Assembly (NCBI RefSeq): GCF_006345805.1
Contig: NC_043001.1
Location: 65,100,001 to 65,164,000, forward strand
Source: Octopus sinensis
Taxonomy: Eukaryota
Reading direction: 5' to 3'
Length of the DNA stretch: 64,000 bases
In this document: one piece after another, positions 53,641-64,000 of the stretch
How the letters are laid out: each line of letters starts with the position of its first letter
Position numbering within the stretch: position 1 is the first letter of the stretch
Notes under the pieces: model-generated
The model's database searches: none
What the model was told of the DNA's origin: nothing
What the model saw: the letters and a program-made list of their open reading frames with translations, nothing else
Program-made: the position numbers and the translations under genes

Positions 53641-54322
53641 CTCACATAAATCCTATCGGTGTCACTGTTAATGTGAAAATTGTATGTATGTATGTATGTA
53701 TGTATGTATGTATGTATGTATGTATGTATGCAAGTATGCATGTATGTATGCAAGTATGCATGTATGTATGTATGTATGTATGTATGTATGTATGTATGTA
53801 TGTATGCTTATATACACACACATGCACACAAAGACAATTTATTTACAATGCTAACTCTACATTTATAAAATAATAACAAGTGAAAAATTTTGTTGTTTTA
53901 TTAGTTTTATTTAAAAATTCATTTTATAAAATTATTTCATTGCTTTATTTATTATAACAAATCAAAAAATAGATGTCGTGGATTGCTCTTGTGTTAATTA
54001 ATTATCAATATTTTAAGTTAAAATCTCTTAAATGTGAAAGATAATCACTTTTGAAACATTTTTCCAGCCTTGGTCACACAAAGGAATATAAACCACAAGA
54101 TACACTTTCAGCTAAACCATGATTTGATCCCTTCAGTCCAAAATATCAACAAAGCTTCAGGGTCCCACAAAATACCAAGTGCACACATTTAGGGTCTGAA
54201 ATAACTCTTACACACACAATTCTATTTATTTATTCATTGCCAACATTATTAAATCCTTAGAATATGGAAACTGCACCTGTATATTCTAAAGACCTCATCT
54301 CCCTCCTATTTATATCCTAAAA

Positions 54323-54578
54323 CAGTGGTTTGCAACTATTTTTGGCCTATGGATCCCTTTGATTGCTATTTTATTCTGCTGGATCTTCATAGCTATTTGC
54401 TGTATATAAAAAAAAATCTTACTGTATTTTTATAATTAAATATTGTTAGGAATTGTATGAAAAATTAAAATATTTTGTGTATTGTAGAAGTATAGCCAAT
54501 TTATTGCACATAAATTTTTAACAACAAAATTTTATACAGATCCCCAAGGGCCATATGGACCCCAGTTGAGAAGCACTG
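54323..54578. mobile_element. hAT (Charlie-like) MITE
   Basis: TIR cagtggtttgcaac / gttgagaagcactg and a near-perfect 8-bp TSD tcctaaaa / tcccaaaa. Confidence 0.75.
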
Positions 54579-54914
54579 TCCCAAAATGTTAATTTTTGCC
54601 CTTGACATCACCAAACAACAGATTCAGGTTTTCATTATTTCTTAGGTTATTCTAAGAACAAGAACCAATAAGCTTTCAAGCCCTTATAGCTTGACCAATT
54701 AAAACTACAGAGTAAGGTTTATAAGGTTGAGTTCAAATCGGTGATTATGTGACAAAGATGATATTCTAGAAGAATCTAATTGTAGGAAGTGGAGATTGGA
54801 TGGTGGTGGTGGTGGTGGTAGTGAGGTATGGATCCCAATGAGATTATTATAAGGAGAGAGGCAGGTTTAAGGGTTGTCTATATCTGAAAATAGCAAAGAT
54901 TATTGAATAGTATA

Positions 54915-54929
54915 AGAGAGAAAGAGCGA

Positions 54930-55005
<76 letters not shown>
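54915..55005. repeat. (GA)n microsatellite
   Basis: Seen directly. Confidence 0.95.
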
Positions 55006-55006
<1 letters not shown>

Positions 55007-56312
55007 CTGACCAAGAATTAGATGTTGGTAAATAAACATTGCCTCTGGAACGTGTTTGTATATCTGTGCACAGTTGTCCATTATAAGGCATACAAGTTCA
55101 ATATTCAAAGCTTCAAAATATATTTAAGGTCTAAACCAAATTTTGTGATGCAATATTGACTACGTCATGGGGTTCATAACTATTGGCCTGTCATCATTTC
55201 AAATGTGTTCTGGTCATAAGTTGTGAAGATGTACTTTGAAGATGTTTTCCGAGCCTGGATAATGTCTATGTTATGGTCTTGTTGAACGAGATGAAATTAT
55301 CAAGTTTCTCTTCATGGAAGAGTGTCTATGAGATCCCAGTTTACAGACAAAAATACCTAGCATGTTAAATATATGTGTTCAAACAGTAAGGGAGGACTGT
55401 TACCTGTGTGTCAGGTTAATAAATGATATCAACTGTTTTGTTAACATTGGAGAAAAAAATTGTGGAAAAGTAAAGGTGTGAGAGTGAAGTGTTTAAGATG
55501 AAGAATATTAAAGATGACTGAATCAGTACAGTTAAGTTGCTTTCTTTCTTATAACTACATCCCTCTACTTTTTACCCTTCCCCCACTGTAGTTGAATCTG
55601 TGGTTTGTTGCCAAAAATACAGATTATTTCACAATATTATATTGCCTTCTCACATTTGTTGCCAAGATTGTATTGGTGAACATGGCAGTTCCTTAAATTT
55701 GCAGTCACATCTTATAGTGGATAGCTATTATTTCCTTCCTTTATTTTCTGTTTGGTTATATGTATGTGTGTGTAAGTGAATGTAGTTATAGGTAAAATAT
55801 TTGTCCTGTTAGGATGAAATTTTATTATGAGATCAATAAACAGAGATCAATTAGATTAATAAGATTAACAAAAAAAAAAAAAAAAAATTATAGAATTTGT
55901 ATCAATATATCATTTTGATTGGTTTATATTCAATAAATAAACCTGACATATTTTAAACTTGGGACTAAACAACATCAACAATTACCCAAACAATCCATCA
56001 ATCAATCAAACACTCAATCAATTAATCAATCAATTTCAAGTATCTGTAGAGATATGAAAAGTTTGAATTGATAAATAATTCTATTATGATGGTTCCATAA
56101 ACTGGTTAATGCACATATCAAGATTTGTTGAGAGAATTATATGTAAGCTACAAAAATATCTGGTATAAAATAAAATTAATAAGTTGTTAACAACTGATTG
56201 TAGAAAATTAATCTACATCAGAAGTCTTGGCTAAAACAAGAAAGCAGGATAAAAGCTAAATCATAGAATGAGAAGTAGGAAGAAATGACTAATAGTTTAT
56301 ACATTGCTTGGA

Positions 56313-56855
56313 AAGTTTTGATATTTCAAGTAAAACCTTTCTTTAGAAAGAGAAAGTTGATCAAAGGAAAATATTTCTCTCTAATGGAAGGCCTTGCTCA
56401 AAACATTAGATTGATATCATTTTGCATTAAAGAAATTTATCCAAATGTACAAATATTATCAACTAATTTTTGCCAATGCAGACCACACCCAGCTTAGCCA
56501 GTCTCTGATTCTTGGTTTCTATTTATAATTGAAGAGCAAGTGAGATCTATGAAAAATATAATGATTATTGATGGATTAAGGCACTTGCAAAGAGGCCTCT
56601 CCAGTTAATACAGCCATAGTAAAAACATGCATACAACAATTATAAATAGAAACCAAGAATCAGAGACTGGCTTAGCTGGGTGCGGTCTGCATTGGCAAAA
56701 ATTAGTTGATAATGTTTGTACATTTGGATAAATTTCTTTGATGCAAAATGATATCAATCTAATGTTTTGAGTAAGGCCTTCCATTAGAGAGAAATATTTT
56801 CCTTTGATCAACTTTCTCTTTCTAAAGTAAGGTTTTACTTGAAATATCAAAACTT
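56313..56855. repeat. Fold-back: 219-bp inverted arms (about 6 mismatches) with a 105-bp spacer
   Basis: Arms at 56313-56531 and 56637-56855. ORFs 56285(+) and 56605(-) encode near-identical peptides. Confidence 0.93.
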
Positions 56856-58094
56856 ATATATGTACACAACAATATAATTTAAAATTATATCTGTTTATGC
56901 ACATATACACAACACATCAGTTAAAAACTGGAATATACATCCACTTATACACACAACTACTGTTCATCTGTTGTTTCTTTACTTCAGTTAGAAGAGATAA
57001 AAGAATGTTACATATGTTATCAAAATAATGAAGCACCAAAATTTCCTCGGATTTGCAGCAGCAGAACCTGGGGTTTCTGAAATAAATGAAAGAATTTATG
57101 TAAACAAATATTATGTTTAATTTGTGGGGAAGCCCACTGTATGTGTGTGTGTGCACACGCGCATGTTGTGTATGTGTGTGTGTGTGTGTGGAGGAGGTGT
57201 GTGTGTGCACACGCGCATGTTGTGTATGTGTGTGTGTGTGTGTGGAGGAGGTGTGTGTGTGTGTGTGGAAGAGGTGTGTGCATGTACATCTTTATGATTG
57301 TTTCACACTGTTTGACAACTAGTGTTGGTTTGTTTACATTCCAGAAACTTAGTGGTTTGGCACAAATTGACCCCAGTGCTTAAAAATAAGTACTAGAGTC
57401 AATTTCATCAACATCCTTCAAAGTGATACTCCAGTAAGGTCACAGTCAAATGATTGAAACAAAAGAACAGTAAAATAAACAAACAAACATATATGTGTGT
57501 ATGTTCCTTTGCATACATACACACAAATAGTCATGCATGGGTGTAATCCTGCACACACAGGTGGGAATGTGTGTTGTTTTCCTACACACACATATTGTCA
57601 TGTATGTGTTTACCTACAAAAATGCACACACATGCATACAAAGTCAAGCATTTGTCTTCACTTTCACATACATGTGTAACCATATACATTCACCTACATA
57701 CAAACATGTAGCCACATGTGCATACACATATAGCCATGTATGTGAGTTCACCTGCACACACACACATGAAAGTATGCATGCATGCATACACACAAACACA
57801 AGCACACACACACAATGAGTCAAAGTGCACAACACTATCCTTTTCCTCTAATTTACAGTCTTGTGCTAGTAAAATACAACTCCATCATCCTTGATTGCCT
57901 CACCATCAAACAGGAACTGACACCTACCTATCTAATGATCAACTGTTGCATGTGTGCGTATATATATATATACATATGTGTGTGTGTGTGTGTGTGTATG
58001 TGTTTATATATAGACGTGTGTGGGTATTTATATATAGACGTGTGTGGGTGTTTATATATATACATGCTTTAAATTCATTTACAGGAAACATTTT

Positions 58095-58218
58095 TCAGAT
58101 ATATTATATACATATATATATATACGTATATATATTATATGTATAATATATATATATATATATACATATATATATACATATATAATATACATATATATAC
58201 ATATATATATATATTATA

Positions 58219-58252
<34 letters not shown>

Positions 58253-58353
58253 CATATATATATACATATATAATATATATATTATATATTATATATATAT
58301 ATATTATATATATATATACATATATATTATATATGTATATATATATATATAAC

Positions 58354-58402
<49 letters not shown>

Positions 58403-58510
58403 CATATATATATATGTATATAATATATATGTTATATTTACATATATATATATACATATATATTATATTGTATTAATATATTATATATACATATATATAT
58501 ATACATATAT

Positions 58511-58583
<73 letters not shown>

Positions 58584-58584
58584 G

Positions 58585-58615
<31 letters not shown>

Positions 58616-58650
58616 GTATATATGTTATATATAATATATGTATAAAATAT
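58095..58650. repeat. Long degenerate (TA)n/(TACA)n tract
   Basis: Seen directly. It produces spurious YI-repeat ORFs. Confidence 0.95.
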
Positions 58651-58736
58651 TATTTGAGACAAAACCACTATTTTGCAAAACAAACAAGGAAAGACTTAAT
58701 CAATACATAAAATTTAATAAATAGTCAAAAAAACCG

Positions 58737-58779
58737 CCACTACAATCGTTTCTTGTCTTGATCGACAATCTTCAGGTGG
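58737..58779 (-). ncRNA. Intact minimal type I hammerhead ribozyme
   Basis: Minus strand CCAC-CTGAAGA-TTGTC gatcaa GACAA-GAAA-CGATTG-TA-GTGG: perfect core, 5-bp stem II, self-complementary stem III, GUA cleavage site and 4-bp stem I. Confidence 0.85.
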
Positions 58780-58967
58780 ACTTCCAATCTAAAAAATCAA
58801 AATTTTAAAATATAAAAATAGGGAATTCGTGGTAATTAGTCTATATTTTCGATATGGATTATATATAGGTTATATATGGATTATATACTTATATTTTTTC
58901 ATTTATACTTTAATTATTTAAAAGTATTATTTTATATTTTAAAATTTTGATTTTTTAGATTGGAAGT

Positions 58968-59007
58968 CCACCTGAAGATTGTCGATCAAGACAAGAAACG
59001 ATTGTAG
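58968..59007 (+). ncRNA. Second copy of the same hammerhead in inverted orientation, running into the assembly gap
   Basis: CCAC-CTGAAGA-TTGTCGATCAAGACAA-GAAA-CGATTG-TA-G, then N. Confidence 0.8.
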
Positions 59008-59107
59008 NNNNNNNNNNNNNNNNNNNNNNNNNNNNNNNNNNNNNNNNNNNNNNNNNNNNNNNNNNNNNNNNNNNNNNNNNNNNNNNNNNNNNNNNNNNNN
59101 NNNNNNN
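59008..59107. other. Assembly gap (100 N)
   Basis: Run of N. Confidence 1.
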
Positions 59108-59524
59108 TGTGTTTTTTTTCTAATATTTTAGATATATATGTATATTATATATATCCTATATTATATATATATATATGGTATAAATATCAACACAATTATT
59201 TCTCCTATTTTTTTCCTCTTCTTCTTTCTTCCTTCTCCAAACTCACAGACACCCCCACACACACACCACTTGCACACACACACACACACACACTCTCTCT
59301 CTCTCTCTCTCACAATGATAAAAAGAAATATAATTTATGGTCTACCTCCCCGCCACCACACACTCAATAACACTATGAAATGGTCAAAACTGAAATTCTT
59401 TTCCCCCAAGATCTTAGATGCCCCTTGGAGTAAGCATGCTGTCCAGCAGAGCAAAAAAATTCTTTTCTTTTTCTTTCCTCTCCCTGCCCCTCTTTTTCTT
59501 TAGCACTCATTCCAAATACAAAAG

Positions 59525-59572
<48 letters not shown>

Positions 59573-60559
59573 CTCTCTCTCTCACTTTCTCCTCATCCAT
59601 CACCCTCTTGTACTGTCTTATATTCCTCCCCACCACTACGAACTCAATACCACTATAAAATGGTCAAAACTTTTCACACAGGAACTTAGTTTGATTTGGA
59701 AACCCCACTAGAATGGGAGAAAGCGCTAATACATGATCTAAGTTATAAGATGTATAAAAACATGAAATATACAAATAAATATCTGTAAATATAAAACCAT
59801 CCGATTTTCTGAGTACCTCATTTCTTCTAATATAAAATACCTGTACATCATCTCCAACCCTTCCAATATATATATATATTTATGTATATGTATAGATATT
59901 GATATATACATATACATATATGATGGACTCTCCTGAAATATATATATATATTTCTCCCTCCATCAAATTGACATTGCCTGAACAGGTGCATTGTGTAAAA
60001 CTTGTCAGGTGTCAAAGTGATTGCAGAGCAGTGTGAGATTAAATTATCTAGAAATAAACATAGTAAAGACAAAATAACAGAAATATCTAAAATAACAAAT
60101 TCTTACATTATTTGAAGAATGTGACAAATTCCAGTGAACTTCATATAGATTTCAAACAGAAATAAAACCACAATTTTATTTTATCTTCCCACTAGTTTAT
60201 AACTGGTATTTACTTTTTAAATCAGAAATATGAAAGAGTTAATTCCATAAAGTATATTGATTTCTTCTAATGTGAAAGAAAGTCTTCAACTTACGGTGAA
60301 AACATAACGACGTGGTCAAAACTTGAGAAATAATTTTCCACTTCTTCAGTGAGAATTTTCAGCGTGTGAGTACCATTGATATAAATTTTGCCCGTTTGAT
60401 CTTCCAGATAATGTTTATCAGCATTACCCTGGAAAAGAAGACATACTCAAATGTAAAAATTGTTTTTTAAGGGGGCATCTCCTTTGTATGTATGAATGTA
60501 TGTATGTATGTATATATGTATATATGTATGTATGTATGTCAGGTCACTTTCGAGTGCTG

Positions 60560-61265
60560 CTGGTAACATGTAACCCAGTACAACCTGTTGCATGGTCGGG
60601 TCGTCAGCGACTAAACCGGCAACCCCACCAAGCTTGCTTGGTGCGGGATGTAAAACAAAACCCGCCAAAGGGTGGAGGACCTCTTAAGAGTCAACGGCCA
60701 TCCAATAAATGTTAGCACAGGTACGCAGAAATTCCGGGATGGTGTCTGGCGTGCTGAAAGACCACTGGGAGTGAAGTGCCCCTCAGCTTTTGTTAAAGCA
60801 GGTCTCTAGGAGAAGGTCACTCTGATATAAAAACAGATATACAGGGAATGGCGTGGACATTTTGGGGATCTTTGGTTTGTGCTAGAGATCACGGCGCTCC
60901 CACATCCCTGAGCCTGCGATCATATTGGCACCAGACATCTTGCTCTGGCGTGTCTCTGGATAATGTCAATAAAGTGGAGAGGGTCTATGAGGTGTTGTGC
61001 AAGACTTATTGGACCTAAAACTCTGCACAGGCATTGCCGACCTCTGCTCGATATGTGCATTTTTTTTAGTATATATTTATCTTATTTTTAGTATATATTC
61101 TCTTCATTTTTAGTATATATTTTAATTTTTTTATTCAGAAGTCCTGCGGCAATGGGAAGGTGGTGAAGCATGCAGACCTGATGGGTTGGAAGCATGTAGT
61201 CAGAATATGGATCTTGTCCAGGTATTCATTGATTTAACAAAGGTCTTTGATACTGTAAATGATAT
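60560..61265 (+). mobile_element. Probable RTE-type LINE relic (5' UTR-like GC-rich segment and RT fragment)
   Basis: QNMDLVQVFIDLTKVFDTVN at about 61200-61260 is an RT motif-3 remnant. The 5' UTR assignment is tentative. Confidence 0.45.
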
Positions 61266-61629
61266 CACAAAATTCCAATTTATTTGGAATATCCTTTTGT
61301 ATGTGAATGTCTGTAGCTCAGTATACATGCATGTGTGCATATGTGGATGCACATGTATACATTCACATGCATTTTGGTTTTGTAACACATAGCAAGTTTT
61401 ATATTGTATTTTGGGGCAAAGCGGGCCACCAAACTCATGACTTGACTGAATCACACAATTATGATCAAGAAACAAACTATGACACTTGTCCAACAACAGA
61501 TCCTTTATAACCCTGGCATAACTTATTTAGGAGAATAAATTCATATCAAAACTGAGAGTAGCTGTATCAAAGATGAAAAAGGGTGCATAATTACCAAGGA
61601 ATTAAATTAGTATAACAACAATAACCACA

Positions 61630-61990
61630 ATATTATAATTATTACCATTTTAGTTTGGCTCAGGTTCGGCCTTATTTCTTGTAGGATTAATGTGGGTTGC
61701 AGGTTACTACCTGTAACCTTAGGTATCCACAAATTTTCAGCAGTCTTTCAAGTGCTTAGAACCCTCCTGATAATCCTTGCTGTCCCTAAGAGACAAACTT
61801 TCCGTAGGCATTCTATTTCAATCTCAGGCATTCCATTTCAATCTCCTTCAGCCATTTGTCTATATCTTTGCTTACTGTTTCCAATGCACCAATTATTATA
61901 GGCATGACCTTTACTGTTCTCATGCACCAAATTCTTCCTATTTCAGTTTTTAATGGTTTGTATTTATCTTGTTTTTCTTCTTTCTTTACA
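61630..61990 (-). mobile_element. R4/Dong-type RLE LINE 3' end
   Basis: Minus strand LKTEIGRIWCMRTVKVMPIIIGALETVSKD...LLGTARIIRRVL. Confidence 0.7.
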
Positions 61991-62189
61991 GTCCTGGAAT
62001 CAAACGGGCACGATAGGTCAATTAATAGTGTTCACTGCACTACTGAGTGCAGCTCTGTGTGCTGTGGGTATGTACTGTGGTTTGTTTTAGTGTTGTCTTT
62101 TTCACTGTATTGAAAGTGCTTTACGAAGGATGTGTGCAGTGCCTAGTAGTGGTATTTTCTGTACATCATATATATTCATAAGAGTGGTG

Positions 62190-62700
62190 CTATTTTCTGT
62201 ATATTATTATTATTATGATATGTTTGGTTTTTGCTTTCTATTTGTACAAGTTAATTCCAAGTCTCACCCAAAGACCTCAAGAGACAACTAGTTAGAAGTT
62301 CGAGTTGGTGTTATGACTAGGGTGCCATTTCCTCCATATTTGGATTTCCTGGTATCTGGGATAGGTAGCAATCAGCCCCTTTTGCTATCATTGCTGGAGA
62401 ACTTATGACAACATGTATTGTTTTAGTCTTGAGGTTCCACATTCTACCAATTTCTGCTTCACGATCTTTATACTTGCTCAGGTTTTGGTAGATCTTGACA
62501 GGTACATTTAGGGTTAGGGTTAGGGTTAGGGTTAGATCGATTAGGACAGTTACATTAATGAGGAGGCATAATTTTTGTCTGTAATCCTTCAATATAATGT
62601 CTTGTCTATTTGCATGGTTTGGATGGTCTGCCCTACAAGCTTTACTTTTATATGCCAAACTTGTTTGGCAGTACCTTAGCAGATATCTATAGTGACTGGT
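62190..62700 (-). mobile_element. R4/Dong-type RLE LINE 3' end with (TAA)n tail and a telomeric-repeat insertion
   Basis: ORF 62317..62658: ANRQDIILKDYRQKLCLLINVTVLID[LTLTLTL]NVPVK...SKYKDREAEIGRMWNLKTKTIHVVI. Tail (att)n at about 62205. Confidence 0.8.
62508..62535 (+). repeat. Interstitial telomeric repeat (TTAGGG)4TTAG
   Basis: Perfect repeat, seen directly. Confidence 0.95.
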
Positions 62701-62724
62701 AGCAGAATAAGAGAATTCCTAGTT

Positions 62725-62860
62725 TTGTGAGTTATGGAGTAGTGACACTCCTGAGAAAGGACCCTAACAAGGGGGAAATCAAATAGAAAATTTTAGGTCT
62801 CTGATGCTGCTGAACACAGACTTTGACATTTTGGCTGAGTTGTTAGTAAAGAGGTTTCCA
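62725..62860 (+). mobile_element. Small fragment of the Tx1-type LINE RT
   Basis: FVSYGVVTLLRKDPNKG...NFRSLMLLNTDFDILAELLVKR, homologous to 28560-28690. Confidence 0.75.
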
Positions 62861-63559
62861 TGAGCAGTTTATAAAGCACATGTGGATTTCTGGAAGGATG
62901 TCAACTATTTTGCAACAACTCTACAGCCAAGACAGACTAGTATGAGCACCAGTTCTTCACTTTTCAGCATTGTCATTGAATGTTTTATCACCTACTAGTG
63001 ACAGCACATGATGGTAGCTGTTCAGCATAAACCCACAAGTCAGCACTACTCAGGCACTGGGCAAGTATATACAAGATGGTTTCATTGCAATGCAGGCATT
63101 CTAGGCAAACCCATCTGTTAGTATTTCTCTACTTTTAGAGTTTATCTTGAACTGGCAATGTTCTCCAGTAGCACTGCTTGATCCAGGACTGCAACTCTCT
63201 TAAAGAGACAATTTGTGGAAATGAAAAGTGGTGATTATACCTGTTCATCATTGATGAACTGCTGGAGATATTGCAGCCTCAGCATGTAACTGTGAATCAT
63301 CAGACATGGCATGCCCAGTCCCCCACTAATTGAGTGATGATAGCAAATAGTGCATCTGACCAGTGGAATGTGTTCCTAACCTAAAGTAAAAAAAAATGTT
63401 GATACTTACTTGAAGCGCGACAATACCCATCAGCTTGACAGAAAAACTAACATCCTTGTCTTGTATATTTCTGTACAAATTGTCAATCTAAGAAAATAAA
63501 TTTATGACTTTAATTGGTGTAACATATATTTAAAAATACACAAAAAATTGAAAACTAAC

Positions 63560-63900
63560 ATCTCTACCTCCACTCTCACTTCTCCCCATCTTCTTCACAT
63601 CACTCTTCCACTCTCACATATCTCTCTCCACTCTCACATATTCTCCTTCACTCTCACATCTTCCCTCCACTCTCGCATTACCCGTCCATTTTCACCTCTC
63701 TTCCTTCACTCTCTTGTGTCTCCTTCCACTCTCACAACTCTGCTTTCACTCACGTCTCCCCATCATCCTCTCATCACCCTTCCACTCTTGCGTATCTCCC
63801 TCCACTTTCACATCTATACCACTACTCTCACGTCTCCCCCTCCACTGTCATATCTCCACCTTCACTTCTCTATCTGCAACTTTACATCTTACTCTTATCT
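63560..63900. repeat. Degenerate pyrimidine-rich minisatellite (about 20-24 bp unit, tctccctccactctcacat-like)
   Basis: ccactctcac/ccactctc motifs recur throughout. Confidence 0.7.
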
Positions 63901-64000
63901 TTCTTTATACCTATACTGATCATACAATAAATATAATTAAATATATTATATCTTATTGCCATAAATCTATTTGCTAAATGATTATATACATTATCACAAA

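Overview
A 64-kb eukaryotic window, most likely from an octopus-type cephalopod (inferred from the RTE/SINE families and the very high microsatellite density). It holds the last six coding exons of one + strand host gene (3969-26840). The exons splice in phase into about 338 aa and carry two short motifs I recognise from the cytoplasmic tail of KIAA1549/UPF0606. Nearly everything else is transposable-element debris: three degraded Ty3/Gypsy elements, five or more RTE LINE copies with a PHD-like finger inside the RT, two tandem Tx1/L1-clade LINEs sitting in (TATC)n, Penelope-like elements with minimal hammerhead ribozymes, R4-type RLE fragments, piggyBac/hAT/Tc1 relics and tRNA-derived SINEs. 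The most unusual structures are a 3.9-kb purine-rich 58-bp minisatellite inserted in the RT of a Tx1 LINE, apparent (TATC)n targeting by that LINE family, several fold-back elements and hammerheads lodged in (TA)n tracts, and a (TTAGGG)4 insertion inside a LINE endonuclease. No database searches were run, so all homology calls are from motif recognition.
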